NCBI GenBank assembly: GCA_003235475.1
Contig: QJWC01000044.1
Coordinates: 27,451 to 91,450, forward strand
Length of the DNA stretch: 64,000 nucleotides
Origin: Acidimicrobiia bacterium
Lineage (GTDB): Bacteria; Actinomycetota; Acidimicrobiia; Spongiisociales; UBA5794
Direction of reading: 5' to 3'
Part shown: piece after piece, positions 8,291-18,057 of the stretch
How positions within the stretch are numbered: position 1 is the stretch's first letter
How the letters are laid out: the number at the start of each line of letters is the position of its first letter
Notes under the pieces: model-generated
The model's input: only the letters and a program-made list of their open reading frames with translations
Database searches by the model: none
Told to the model about the DNA's origin: nothing
Translations under genes and position numbers: made by a program

Positions 8291-10161
8291 GAGTACATCG
8301 ACTCCACGAGTTCCTCGAACATCTCCTTCATCGCTGAGCGCTTGACCTTCTGGGTCGCCGTCAGCTCCCCGTCCTCGTGGTCGAGCTCCTTCGGCAGCAG
8401 GCGGAACTTCCTGATCTGCTCGACGTGGGCGAGCTTCTCGTTCGTCTTGTTGACGATGCCCTGGACGAGCTCGATGACCTCCGGCTTTTCCGAAAGATCG
8501 CGGTACGTCGTGTACGGGATCTGCCTCCGCAACGCCCAGTCACCAACCACGTCGAGCTCGATGCCGATCAGGGCCGTCACGTACTTCCTGCCGTCGCCGA
8601 TCACCATCGCCTCCTTGATGTACGGCGACGTCTTGAGGCTGTTCTCGATCTCGGACGGCGAGATGTTCTTCCCGCCGGAGGTGATGATGATGTGCTTGAT
8701 GCGGTCCACGATCTTGACGTGCGTGCCGTCAACCCATTGCCCGACATCACCGGTCATGAGCCAGCCATCTTCGGTGAACGTATCCCTCGTCGCCTCGGGC
8801 TTTCCCCAGTAACCGACGAACACCCCGTCGTGCTTCGTCTGGATCTCGCCCGTCTCCTCGTCGATGCGGAACCCGATGCCGTCGTAGGGCTCCCCGACCG
8901 TCCCGAGCTTCACGCGGCCGTGGAAGTTCGTCGTCGCGACGGTGGTGTTCTCCGTCATGCCGTACAACTCGTATACGGGAATGCCGAGGCCCATGAAGAA
9001 CTCGAGGACTTCAGGTGCGATCGGCGCGGCGCCTGATGACGCATACCTGCACCGGCGCAGCCCGATCCGCTCCTTCAGCGGCCTGAAGAAGATCGGGTTT
9101 CCCACCCAGTACGCCAAACGGGCTCCGAACGTGAAGTTGCCGTGGTTGCCGACACGTTCCCGACCGATGTACGACGCGAGCTTGAGGCCGAACGACGCGA
9201 TCATCCTCTTGAAGCGGGTCGCGTCCTGGAGCCTGATGAGGACCGCCGCGTGTATCCGCTCCCAGATGCGAGGGACCGCAAAGAAGATCGTCGGCTGTAC
9301 CTCGCGGAGGTTGCTGACAACCGTGTCGATGGACTCAGCGAAGTTCATCACCGGGCCGTTGTACGCCATCGACCACGCGGAGAACAGCCGTTCGGCGACG
9401 TGGCACAGCGGGAGGTACGTCAGCTTGATGTCCTCCGTGGACTCGCCCTTCCCTCCTTCGAAACGTCTGGGAGAGTTGAGCGTGTTCGCCACCGCGAACT
9501 CGACATTGCGGTGGCTGAGCATCGCACCTTTCGGCGGTCCGGTCGTACCAGACGTGTAGATGAGCGTCATGACCTCATCCATCTCGGCCTCGGCCATGAG
9601 CGCCTCGACGGCACCCGGGTTCGCCGCACGATGCTCGGCACCCAGCGCCATGAAGTCGTCCCAGAACATGAGGCGGTCGTCATCGATGGTTCGGACGCCC
9701 CGCGGTTCGGCGTAGATGATCTTCTCGACCGTCGGGAACTCGCTCGCCGGAAGGCCGATCACCTTGTCGACCTGCTCCTGGTCCTCGGCGAGATGGATCC
9801 GCGCCTTCGAGTCGTTCAGCAGGTACCGGACCTCGGCCTCCGGATTCGTGGGATACAGGCCCGTCGCGATACCGCGGATCGCCACAGTTGCAAAGTCGAA
9901 GATCATCCACTCCGGACGGTCCTCCGAGTGAATCGAGGTCACGTCACCGGGCTTGACGCCGAGCGCCAAAAGCGCGTGCGCTGCCGTGAGGATCGCGTCC
10001 CACAGCGCCGCGCTCGTCCACTCACGCCAGATGCCGAAGTCCTTGTCCCTCATGGCGACGCGGTCTGGCGTCCTCATCGCCCAGTCGCGCATCCGCCATG
10101 CAACCGTCTTCGCCGCGCCGTCCAGCGCGTTCGGCTCGGTTCGGTCAAGTGTTGCCGTCAA
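8287..10161 (-). CDS. AMP-dependent acyl-CoA synthetase/ligase (long-chain FadD-like)
   Basis: AMP-binding motif YTSGTTGPPKGAM, then TGD..W.DGTHVKIVDRIK and GKNISP. TTG start at 10161. It is the first gene of the ligase-liv operon. Confidence 0.9.
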   Translation of the reverse strand: MTATLDRTEPNALDGAAKTVAWRMRDWAMRTPDRVAMRDKDFGIWREWTSAALWDAILTAAHALLALGVKPGDVTSIHSEDRPEWMIFDFATVAIRGIATGLYPTNPEAEVRYLLNDSKARIHLAEDQEQVDKVIGLPASEFPTVEKIIYAEPRGVRTIDDDRLMFWDDFMALGAEHRAANPGAVEALMAEAEMDEVMTLIYTSGTTGPPKGAMLSHRNVEFAVANTLNSPRRFEGGKGESTEDIKLTYLPLCHVAERLFSAWSMAYNGPVMNFAESIDTVVSNLREVQPTIFFAVPRIWERIHAAVLIRLQDATRFKRMIASFGLKLASYIGRERVGNHGNFTFGARLAYWVGNPIFFRPLKERIGLRRCRYASSGAAPIAPEVLEFFMGLGIPVYELYGMTENTTVATTNFHGRVKLGTVGEPYDGIGFRIDEETGEIQTKHDGVFVGYWGKPEATRDTFTEDGWLMTGDVGQWVDGTHVKIVDRIKHIIITSGGKNISPSEIENSLKTSPYIKEAMVIGDGRKYVTALIGIELDVVGDWALRRQIPYTTYRDLSEKPEVIELVQGIVNKTNEKLAHVEQIRKFRLLPKELDHEDGELTATQKVKRSAMKEMFEELVESMYS

Positions 10162-10241
10162 GGGAGACCTTTACCACGCAGAGTCCTGGCGCGAATGTAG
10201 ACGATTCCGCCCAGGTTTTCACGTGGAATCGAAGACCGGGC

Positions 10242-11900
10242 TCAGGCCGCGGGCTCGCTCCGGACGCCGACCACCCTGAACCGGCCAGCAACGAAGGCAG
10301 GATCCGTCAGCGACGCGTTTCCAGCCGGGTTGGCTCCGGTGACGTGGAAGTCGCTGTACGCCGCCGATTGGTTGACGAACCAACCGCCTGTCAGGTTGAA
10401 CGCGACGGACACCCCTGCTTCCAATGCCGCGTCTGTGATCGCATCGACCACCGATTCGTCGGTCGAGTATGCAAGCCACGTGATCGCGCCGTGTTCCTTC
10501 GCCACCGCCTTCGCCGACGCGATCGCATCGTCGGTCGACTCGGCCTTCACGACGAAGATCACGGGGCCGAACATCTCGGTGGCGTACGCGGGCGATGACG
10601 TGTCGACCTCCACGATGACCGGCGTCCTCACGATTGCATCCGGGAAGTCGGCATTGCCGACCTCGCGCGACTCACTGAGGACACGACCCGTCTCGGCCGC
10701 CGCACCTATCCGTGCAAGGGACGTTTCGCTCTTCACCGCACCGAGGATTCCTGATGCGCGGGCGTCATCCCCGAGAAGGCCGTCCACGGCACCGACGAAC
10801 CTCGCGACAACCTCCTCGTAGGGCACCATGGCATCCCCCACCTTCACTCCCCCTGCAGGAACGAACAGGTTCTGCGGCGTCGTGCACATCTGGCCCGAAT
10901 ACATGGTCATCGAAACCGAAAGGTTGCGGAACACCCCTTTGAGGTCGGCTGCGGAGTCGAGGATCACCGAGTTGACACCTGCCTTCTCGGTGTACACCGC
11001 CGCGTGGTGGACGTTCTCCTCGAGCCACGTGCCGAACGCCGATCCGCCCGTGTAATCCACGATGCCAACCTCGGGTCGCATCACGAGATCCTTGGTCACC
11101 ATGGCTGAAGGCGTGTCGACGACGAGCTGCACCACGTTCGGGTCATACCCGAATTCGGACAGCACGTCCCTCGCCGTGCGGACGAGGAGCGCGAACGGGA
11201 GGATCGTTTCCGGGTGTGGTTTGACGATCACAGGATTTCCGGCGGCCAGCGACGCAAAGATGCCGGGGTAGCCGTTCCACGTGGGGAAAGTCGACACGCC
11301 GATTGCCACCGCGACGCCTCGTGGACGGACGATCCAGCGCTTGTCGAGCACGAGCGGATCGCGTGATCCCTGCGGCTTCACCCACCGCAACGGCTCAGGG
11401 ATCCTCGTTTCCTCTCGGTAGGTGTACGCCACGGCCTCGAGCGCCCGGTCGAGCGCGTGGGGGCCGCCAGCCTGGAACGCCATAAGGAACGCCTGTCCCG
11501 TGGTGTGCATCACGGCATTGGCCATCGTGAACGGATCTTTGGCGAGCCTGTCGAGGATCTCGAGGCACACGGAGGCGCGATCGCTCGGCGAAAGGCGACC
11601 CCACGCGGCCATGGCATCCGATGCGGCGACGACGGCGTCGTCGACGGATACGGACGGGTAGCGGATACCGAGTTCGAGGCCGTAGGGAGATCGCTCTGCG
11701 ACCTCCATGTACCCGCTGGTCGCTTGACCGGTGTCGAAGTCTGTTCCGAGGAGAGCCTCGAAACGCTCCTGGCCCACAGCGGGCGCTTCTTCGCCGTATG
11801 CCTTCGGATGCTCGGCGTACCCCGCCCAGAAGGTCCTCCGGTCGATGGCGTCGAGCGCCTGAGCAAGTAATTCGCGATGCCGTTCAGCGAGATCGGTCAC
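10242..11900 (-). CDS. paaN: PaaN-type aldehyde dehydrogenase (phenylacetate-pathway ring-opening ALDH family)
   Basis: This is the C-terminal 552 codons of the artefactual 1056-aa ORF. GTG start at 11900 with an AAGGGG RBS. ALDH catalytic region YSGQMCTTPQN and EMFGPV are present, and the N-terminus (LLAQALDAIDRRTFWAGYAEHPKAYGE) resembles PaaN proteins. Confidence 0.7.
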   Translation of the reverse strand: MTDLAERHRELLAQALDAIDRRTFWAGYAEHPKAYGEEAPAVGQERFEALLGTDFDTGQATSGYMEVAERSPYGLELGIRYPSVSVDDAVVAASDAMAAWGRLSPSDRASVCLEILDRLAKDPFTMANAVMHTTGQAFLMAFQAGGPHALDRALEAVAYTYREETRIPEPLRWVKPQGSRDPLVLDKRWIVRPRGVAVAIGVSTFPTWNGYPGIFASLAAGNPVIVKPHPETILPFALLVRTARDVLSEFGYDPNVVQLVVDTPSAMVTKDLVMRPEVGIVDYTGGSAFGTWLEENVHHAAVYTEKAGVNSVILDSAADLKGVFRNLSVSMTMYSGQMCTTPQNLFVPAGGVKVGDAMVPYEEVVARFVGAVDGLLGDDARASGILGAVKSETSLARIGAAAETGRVLSESREVGNADFPDAIVRTPVIVEVDTSSPAYATEMFGPVIFVVKAESTDDAIASAKAVAKEHGAITWLAYSTDESVVDAITDAALEAGVSVAFNLTGGWFVNQSAAYSDFHVTGANPAGNASLTDPAFVAGRFRVVGVRSEPAA

Positions 11901-11996
11901 GCCGCCCCTTTCGTCAGCCACACGCAGCGTACTTGCACGCCGAGACGTCGTGGAAGTGGTCGAAAGACCGTCGGGACGATGCGTAGGCTCATGCCC

Positions 11997-13193
11997 ATGG
12001 AAGCCTTCCTCCTCGACTATGTCCGCACGCCGATCGGCCGCTTCGCCGGATCCCTTGCGTCCGTCAGGCCGGACGATCTGGCGTCGCTCACCATGCGAAC
12101 CCTCGTGGAGCGCAACGACCTGCACCCGTCGCGCATCGACGATGTCTATTACGGGGACGCGAACCAGGCGGGCGAGGACAACCGAAACGTCGCACGCATG
12201 GCTGCGCTCCTCGCCGGGTACCCGGTCGAGGTCCCTGGCACCACCGTCAACCGCCTCTGCGGGTCGGGGATGGAGGCGATCGGCCTCGGAGCAAGGGCCA
12301 TCAAGACGGGTGAGGCGGACATCGTGGTGGCTGGCGGCGTCGAATCCATGAGCAGGGCCCCGAAGATCATGTCGAAGGCGTCTTCTGCCTACGACCGCAG
12401 CGTTGTCGTGCACGACTCGACGATCGGCTGGCGCTTCGTGAACCCGCGTATGCGAGACCGTTTTGGAACCGACGAGATGCCCGGAACGGCCGAAAACGTG
12501 GCCACCGAGTTCAGCGTCTCCCGCGAGGACCAGGATGCGTTCGCGTTGCGGAGCCAGCAACGAGCAGCGGCCGCGATGGACAACGGATTCCTCGGCGGAG
12601 AGCTCGTGGCGGTCGACGTGCCGCAACGCCGAGGCGATCCGATCGTCGTCGACCGTGACGAGCACCCAAGGCCGGACACGACCATCGAGAAGCTTGCTCG
12701 CCTGCAACCCCTCTTCGAGAACGGCACCGTCACGGCAGGGAACGCGTCCGGGATCAACGACGGCGCGGCCGCGGTGTACGTGGTGAGCGAGAAGGTCGTC
12801 GAAGAGCTTGGCGCCACGCCCATGGCGAGGATCGTCGGGATGGCGACCGCGGGCGTGCCTCCCCGCATCATGGGGATCGGCCCGGTTCCCGCGACTCGGA
12901 AGCTCCTCGAACGCACTGGGGTCGACCTCGGCGACATCGACGTGGTGGAGCTGAACGAAGCGTTCGCGTCGCAGTCGCTCGCCTGCCTCAGGGAGCTTGG
13001 CCTGCCGGACGACGCAGACCACGTTAACCCGCACGGTGGCGCCATCGCGCTCGGCCATCCGCTCGGGATGACCGGTGCGAGGCTCGTGGGAACGGTGGCT
13101 CGGGCGATGGCCGAACGAGAAGGCCGATACGGGCTCGCAACGATGTGCATCGGCGTCGGGCAGGGCATCGCAATGCTCCTCGAACGCGTGTGA
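11997..13193 (+). CDS. 3-oxoadipyl-CoA / acetyl-CoA C-acyltransferase (PaaJ/PcaF-like thiolase)
   Basis: ATG 11997 (MEAFLLDYVRTPIGRFAGSLASVRPDDLA). Motifs NQAGEDNRNVARMAALLAG, NRLCGSG (active Cys) and a C-terminal CIGVGQG. Divergent from paaN across a 96-bp gap. Confidence 0.9.
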   Translation: MEAFLLDYVRTPIGRFAGSLASVRPDDLASLTMRTLVERNDLHPSRIDDVYYGDANQAGEDNRNVARMAALLAGYPVEVPGTTVNRLCGSGMEAIGLGARAIKTGEADIVVAGGVESMSRAPKIMSKASSAYDRSVVVHDSTIGWRFVNPRMRDRFGTDEMPGTAENVATEFSVSREDQDAFALRSQQRAAAAMDNGFLGGELVAVDVPQRRGDPIVVDRDEHPRPDTTIEKLARLQPLFENGTVTAGNASGINDGAAAVYVVSEKVVEELGATPMARIVGMATAGVPPRIMGIGPVPATRKLLERTGVDLGDIDVVELNEAFASQSLACLRELGLPDDADHVNPHGGAIALGHPLGMTGARLVGTVARAMAEREGRYGLATMCIGVGQGIAMLLERV

Positions 13194-13209
13194 CGAGCGC
13201 ACCCGCGCG

Positions 13210-13797
13210 ATGACATCAGCCCGCGAGGATCTCCTCCGTCTCATGGACGACCCGGCGTCGTTCCTGACCAACGCCGATCCCGTCTTGCGCCGCATCGCGG
13301 TCTCGGCCCTCGTGGACCCGCTGGATTCACTCGACAAGCTGCGTGCACTGGCCGATGACGACGCGGCACCCGTCCGCGCGGCCGTCGCGGACAGGTCGTC
13401 GGCGCTTCCCACGGATCAGGCCCGCTCCATCCTCGACTCCCTAGGCGGCGATGACGATCCGCGCGTCCGTGAAGCGGTTGCCACCGCGTACGGTGAAATC
13501 GGCGACGCCTCAGCCGTTGATTGGCTCGAGTCGATCGCGGAGCTCGACCCGGACCGGCACGTCAGGGAGGCCGCGGTGGCCTCGCTCGGCGCGATCGGCG
13601 AACCGCGATCCGTCGACACGCTCCTGACGCTGCTCGCAGACGGGCCGCCCCCCGTTCGCAGGCGCGCCGTCGCTGCGATCACGGTGTTCGACGATCCTCG
13701 CGTCGAACCTGCGCTGCGTCGAGCAGCCTTGGACAAGAACCCCGGCGTGCGGGAAGCTGCAGAGATGGTGGTTGGCAGGCAGATCAGGGAAAGCTGA
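13210..13797 (+). CDS. HEAT-repeat (PBS-lyase-like) protein
   Basis: ATG 13210. Repeated D.(D/N)P.VR..A...LG units run through the protein (DDDPRVREAVATAYGEIG, DPDRHVREAAVASLGAIG, DKNPGVREAA). Confidence 0.7.
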   Translation: MTSAREDLLRLMDDPASFLTNADPVLRRIAVSALVDPLDSLDKLRALADDDAAPVRAAVADRSSALPTDQARSILDSLGGDDDPRVREAVATAYGEIGDASAVDWLESIAELDPDRHVREAAVASLGAIGEPRSVDTLLTLLADGPPPVRRRAVAAITVFDDPRVEPALRRAALDKNPGVREAAEMVVGRQIRES

Positions 13798-13806
13798 AGG
13801 GGCTTC

Positions 13807-14253
13807 CTACGCGCCCTGGACCCACTCGGCCCCACCGCTCCAGTGCTCCTTCTTCCAGATCGGAACCCGCGCCTTGAGTTCGTCGATGATGAACTGGGCG
13901 GCGGGGAATGCGTCCTTTCGGTGCTCCGCTGAAACAGCGACGACGACGGCGACCTCGCCAACAGCCAGGACGCCGACGCGGTGCTCCACAGCGACCTTGA
14001 TGACGTTCCACCTGAGACGGGCGTCCTCGACGACCTCGCGGATCTTGGACTCGACCACGTCGGCGTAGGCCTCGTACTCGAGCTTCGAGACATCTGGCTT
14101 TCCGGGCGCATGGTCCCTGACCATGCCGGTGAACACGACGCTGCAACCGGCCCCGGGATCGTTGACGAGTGCCGAGACCGCTGCGACGTCGATCACCGAT
14201 GCCCGAACGGCCACTGAGGTCGGTCCGCCGCCTGCTACTGGATCATGGTTCAT
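13807..14253 (-). CDS. moaE: Molybdopterin synthase catalytic subunit MoaE
   Basis: 148 aa with GAGCSVVFTGMVRD, LEYEAY, VAVEHRVG.L.VGE..V.VAVSAEHR and PIWKKE, all MoaE-typical. Confidence 0.85.
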   Translation of the reverse strand: MNHDPVAGGGPTSVAVRASVIDVAAVSALVNDPGAGCSVVFTGMVRDHAPGKPDVSKLEYEAYADVVESKIREVVEDARLRWNVIKVAVEHRVGVLAVGEVAVVVAVSAEHRKDAFPAAQFIIDELKARVPIWKKEHWSGGAEWVQGA

Positions 14254-14264
14254 ACACTCCGCCC

Positions 14265-15704
14265 ATGCCGAACGATACCTCCGGGGCCGATCCGGATTCT
14301 CATCCGTTCTTCATGGACGAGCGGAACGAACCCGCCGACGAGGGCGTTGCATCGATCATGGATACCGAACACACAACGACCGACGTTCCTGGACGGGACA
14401 CGTCGGCGATCGTCGTGGAGACGGACGACACGGGCGAGCTCGAGCCCATGTCGAGTCCGTCGCCGTCAGCGATCGAAAGCTCACCGTTCGATTACGACCG
14501 CTACTACGAGACCGACGCAGACCAGCCCACGAGAGCGAATGCCCCGGCGACATTGCCGTCCGCGCCCCCCAAGCGCAGAGATGGCATCCTCTTTTTCGGA
14601 GGCGCTGTCGCGGCCGCACTCCTCGGCGCCGCCTTGACGGTGGCGCTCCTGGCGGCCACCGGCACCTTGTCGACCAACGAGGGAACGCCGCAGGTCACCG
14701 ACGCCGCAGCACAGCCCGCGGCCACCGGTACGACGGCGCCACCGACGATCACGAACACGATCGTCAACGAGGTCGGTTCCTCTGTGAACCCCGCGGCCGT
14801 TGCCATCAAGACGGTGCCCTCGATCGTGACGGTCATGGTGACGGACACCGACGACAACGCAACCGGCTCGGGGTCCGGCGTCGTGATGACCGAAGACGGG
14901 TACATCGCTACCAACCATCACGTCGTGGAAGGCGCCGCTGGCTTCTTCGTCACGTTCGAGGATGGGCGCGTCTACCAGGCGGAGCTCGTCGGGGACGACT
15001 CGCTCACAGATCTCGCCGTGCTGAGGATCGACGCCGACAACATCACACCCATCGAATTCGGTGACACGACATCGCTCAGCCTCGGCGATCCGGCCGTCGC
15101 GGTCGGCAACCCGCTCGGTCAGCGTGGCGGTTCGTCGATCTCCGTCGGCATCATCTCTGCGTTCAACCGCGAGGTCGACTTCGCTGACGGCTCGATGCTC
15201 TTCGGAATGATCCAAACCGACGCCGCCATCAACAACGGCTCGTCAGGCGGTGCACTCGTCAACGCCGAGGGGCAGCTCATCGGCATCACCTCTGCGATCG
15301 GCGTTTCCACCTCGGGACCCGAGGGAATCGGTTACGCCATCCCCGTGGAACTCGTCAAGCGGATCACCGACGAGATCATCGAAACCGGCGACGTCGCACA
15401 CCCGTTCCTCGGCGTTCAGATCTCGACCTATGTCGAAACCCTCGATGACGGTGCCAGGCGTCCGGCGGGCGCCCAGATCGCAACGATCGAGGGAGCGGAT
15501 TCGGCGGCAGGCGCCGCTGGTCTCCAGGTCGACGATGTCGTCGTCGCCATCGACGGCAAGCCGATCGCGTCGCAGACGGACCTGATCCTCGACATCAGGC
15601 TCCACAGGGTCGGCGACGAAGTCGAGTTCACCGTGATTCGCGACGGCGAGACCTTCACGACCACGGTCACGCTCGGGCAGCGCCCAGCTGAATTCGGGGG
15701 CTGA
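14265..15704 (+). CDS. HtrA/PepD-like trypsin-fold serine protease with C-terminal PDZ
   Basis: Catalytic-triad context TNHHVVEGA, DLAVLRI and NNGSSGGALV, followed by a PDZ segment (AAGAAGLQVDDVVVAIDGKPI). It has a disordered acidic N-terminus and a TM. The start is uncertain (ATG 14265 chosen; the ORF opens at 14169). Confidence 0.85.
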   Translation: MPNDTSGADPDSHPFFMDERNEPADEGVASIMDTEHTTTDVPGRDTSAIVVETDDTGELEPMSSPSPSAIESSPFDYDRYYETDADQPTRANAPATLPSAPPKRRDGILFFGGAVAAALLGAALTVALLAATGTLSTNEGTPQVTDAAAQPAATGTTAPPTITNTIVNEVGSSVNPAAVAIKTVPSIVTVMVTDTDDNATGSGSGVVMTEDGYIATNHHVVEGAAGFFVTFEDGRVYQAELVGDDSLTDLAVLRIDADNITPIEFGDTTSLSLGDPAVAVGNPLGQRGGSSISVGIISAFNREVDFADGSMLFGMIQTDAAINNGSSGGALVNAEGQLIGITSAIGVSTSGPEGIGYAIPVELVKRITDEIIETGDVAHPFLGVQISTYVETLDDGARRPAGAQIATIEGADSAAGAAGLQVDDVVVAIDGKPIASQTDLILDIRLHRVGDEVEFTVIRDGETFTTTVTLGQRPAEFGG

Positions 15705-15705
15705 C

Positions 15706-16878
15706 ATGGACGGTCTCGGCGACGAGGGGATCTTCGAACAGCTCTTCAAGATGCTCCAATCGAGCGGCCCCGTGAACTGGAAGCTCGCGCGAGAGGTCAC
15801 GAAGAGCCTCGCCGGCGCGCCGATGCCGGTCGAGCCTTCCGTCGCTGAGGAATACCGCGAGCTCGCACACGTCGCAGATGTCCGCATCTCGGCGATCATC
15901 GACCTGCCTTCACCGTCACCAGGAGATCTCAACCCCACGGACCGCGCCACATGGGCTGCCGAGAACCAGCAGTCGTTCCGCGTCCTCGTCGAACCCCTCG
16001 CCGACAAGCTCTCGGGTATGGCGGACGGGGGCCTTCCGGGACTAGGCGACATGGGTGGGATGTCGGCGATGCTCGCCCCGCTCGGCCCAGCGCTCCTCGG
16101 GATCCAGGCAGGGACGATGGTCGGCTTCATGTCGCACCGCTCGCTGGGACAGTTCGACACCGGCATCCCTGCGATGGACCACGACAGGCCATACGTCATC
16201 GTCCCGAACCTCGACGAGTTCGCCATCGACAACGGCATCGACCATCGACAGGTCAGGCTGTGGGCAGCCCTCCACGAGGTCGCCTTCCACCGCGTCATGG
16301 CGGTCGAGTGGGTCCGTGGACGCTTCATCGAGCTCGTCGAGCAGTACTACGCCACGGTCGAGCTCGACACCTCCGAACTGCTCGGCACCCTTGGCGCGAT
16401 GAGTAACCCGGAGGACATCCAGAGGATGATCGCGGACGGCGAAGCAGATGCGACGAGTCTCATCAAGAGCACATCGGACCCCGAGCGCCTTGCAGCGGTC
16501 CGCGCCTTCACCGCCTTCATCGAGGGCTACGGCGACCACGTGGTTCGCCGCGCCGGAGGAGAGCTCCTCCCGTCGATCGACCGTATCGAAGCGGCCTATC
16601 GGACGCGCCGGACCGAACCGGACCAGACCGAGCAGTTCCTCCAGCAGTTCGCTGGCCTATCGCTCGAACGCTTCAGAGCCGCCGACGCCGCGTCGTTCTG
16701 CGACGAGGTGGTTGCGCGCTGGGGCGATGAGGCGCTCGAAAGGGTGTGGGAAGACCCTTCGAACCTGCCGACGGTCGCCGAGTTCACCGACCCGATCGGA
16801 TGGAATGCACGGGTGCTCCTCGACGAGGCATCGTTCGACATCGATCCGGATCCGGAGGTCGACGGCGACAGCGCGTAG
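15706..16878 (+). CDS. Conserved actinobacterial putative zinc-dependent hydrolase/metalloprotease (DUF2342-like)
   Basis: 390 aa, starting 1 nt after the htrA stop. It has an HEVAFH motif. Length and composition fit the DUF2342 family as I recall it. Confidence 0.6.
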   Translation: MDGLGDEGIFEQLFKMLQSSGPVNWKLAREVTKSLAGAPMPVEPSVAEEYRELAHVADVRISAIIDLPSPSPGDLNPTDRATWAAENQQSFRVLVEPLADKLSGMADGGLPGLGDMGGMSAMLAPLGPALLGIQAGTMVGFMSHRSLGQFDTGIPAMDHDRPYVIVPNLDEFAIDNGIDHRQVRLWAALHEVAFHRVMAVEWVRGRFIELVEQYYATVELDTSELLGTLGAMSNPEDIQRMIADGEADATSLIKSTSDPERLAAVRAFTAFIEGYGDHVVRRAGGELLPSIDRIEAAYRTRRTEPDQTEQFLQQFAGLSLERFRAADAASFCDEVVARWGDEALERVWEDPSNLPTVAEFTDPIGWNARVLLDEASFDIDPDPEVDGDSA

Positions 16879-16932
16879 GGCGTCTGTCGGCCTGTACCCT
16901 TGCACAGCACTCGTTCTCCCAAGGAGTCCTCC

Positions 16933-17391
16933 ATGTCGTCACTCATCGGTCAGCCAGCCCCCGCGTTCGAGCTCGTCACGCAGAACAAGGAGAAGTTCAG
17001 CAGCGAGAGTCTCAAGGGACGCAAATCCATGATCGTCTTCATTCCGTTCCCGTTCACCGGGATATGCGACGGCGAAGGATGCGCCATCCGGGACGGCCTC
17101 GGCGAGCTCAACGACATGGACGCAAACGTCGTCGTGATCACCTGCCACGCGGTGAACCTCACGAGCCGCTGGGCGCAGGAGTACGGCTTCGACTTCCCCG
17201 TGCTCTCCGACTACTGGCCACACGGAGCGGTCAGCATGGCCTACGGAGCGTTCAACGACAAGGTTGGCGCTGCGAACCGGATGACGGTCATCTTGGACGA
17301 GGAAGGCATCGTGAGAGACGTGATTGCCACCGAAAGCCTCGGCGTCGGTCGAGAGCACCAGGTCCAGATCGACGCGCTCGCTGCGGTCTAG
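16933..17391 (+). CDS. AhpC/TSA-family peroxiredoxin (AhpE-like)
   Basis: ATG 16933 preceded by an AAGGAG RBS (16921-16926). Peroxidatic Cys context FIPFPFTGIC. Confidence 0.85.
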   Translation: MSSLIGQPAPAFELVTQNKEKFSSESLKGRKSMIVFIPFPFTGICDGEGCAIRDGLGELNDMDANVVVITCHAVNLTSRWAQEYGFDFPVLSDYWPHGAVSMAYGAFNDKVGAANRMTVILDEEGIVRDVIATESLGVGREHQVQIDALAAV

Positions 17392-17394
17392 CAA

Positions 17395-18057
17395 TCACTC
17401 GAGCCGGTAGCCAACACCCCTGATCGTCACGATCGCTGGCGCTTCGGAGCTCGCCTCGAGTTTTCGGCGCAGGCGGCGGATGTGCTGGTCGAGGCTCTTC
17501 GTGTCACCCCAACCGAGCCCCCACACCTCATCGAGGAGTTGGTCGCGCGTCACGATCGCCCCACCACCGGACATCAGCAGGTGCATCACCTCGAATTCCT
17601 TGCGTGGGAGGGGAAAGGTTGCGTCTCCGACCCGCAGTTCGTATCTGCTCGCATCGAGAACGATGTTGCCGAAGGTGCTGGACTGGTTCATGTCAGCCGT
17701 GGAAGTGCGCCGCACGACTGCGTGGAGCCTGGCGATCAGCTCCCTGGCCGAGTAGGGCTTCGTCAAGTAGTCGTCGGCGCCGATTTCGAGTGCGGCCACG
17801 ACGTCCGCTTCGGAGTCCTTCGCGGAAACAACGATGACCGGCACCACAGAGGTCTCCCTGATCGTCCTCAGGACATCCAGCCCGGAAACGGAGGGGAGCA
17901 TCAGGTCGAGGAGCACGGCGTCCACACCGGTGCTCCTGAAGAGGCGGATCGCCTCCCGGCCGTCGGTCGCTGCGATTGGCTCGATGCCATCCATTTCCAT
18001 CGCTGCCGAGAGCGCTTGGACGTACGCCTCCTCGTCCTCGACGATCAACACCCTCAC
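17395..18057 (-). CDS. phoP: OmpR-family response regulator (PhoP/RegX3-like)
   Basis: REC domain (VLIVEDEE, VLLDLMLP) plus a winged-helix C-terminus (IVTIRGVGYRLE). The GTG start overlaps the kinase stop (GTGA). It lies next to the pst operon. Confidence 0.85.
   Translation of the reverse strand: MRVLIVEDEEAYVQALSAAMEMDGIEPIAATDGREAIRLFRSTGVDAVLLDLMLPSVSGLDVLRTIRETSVVPVIVVSAKDSEADVVAALEIGADDYLTKPYSARELIARLHAVVRRTSTADMNQSSTFGNIVLDASRYELRVGDATFPLPRKEFEVMHLLMSGGGAIVTRDQLLDEVWGLGWGDTKSLDQHIRRLRRKLEASSEAPAIVTIRGVGYRLE

Noticed and set aside
11901-11996. Possible PaaR operator in the paaN / thiolase divergent region
   Set aside because: I looked for the ACCG..CG..CGGT-type palindrome. Only a degenerate fragment (GACCGTCGGGACGAT) is present, which is not convincing.
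10242-13412. 1056-aa minus-strand ORF, the longest in the window
   Set aside because: Only its C-terminal 552 codons (from GTG 11900) look like a real protein (PaaN-type ALDH). The N-terminal half is R/A/G/H-rich, has no motifs, and runs antisense to a clearly genuine thiolase gene (11997..13193). It is a stop-free antisense frame of the kind common in high-GC DNA.
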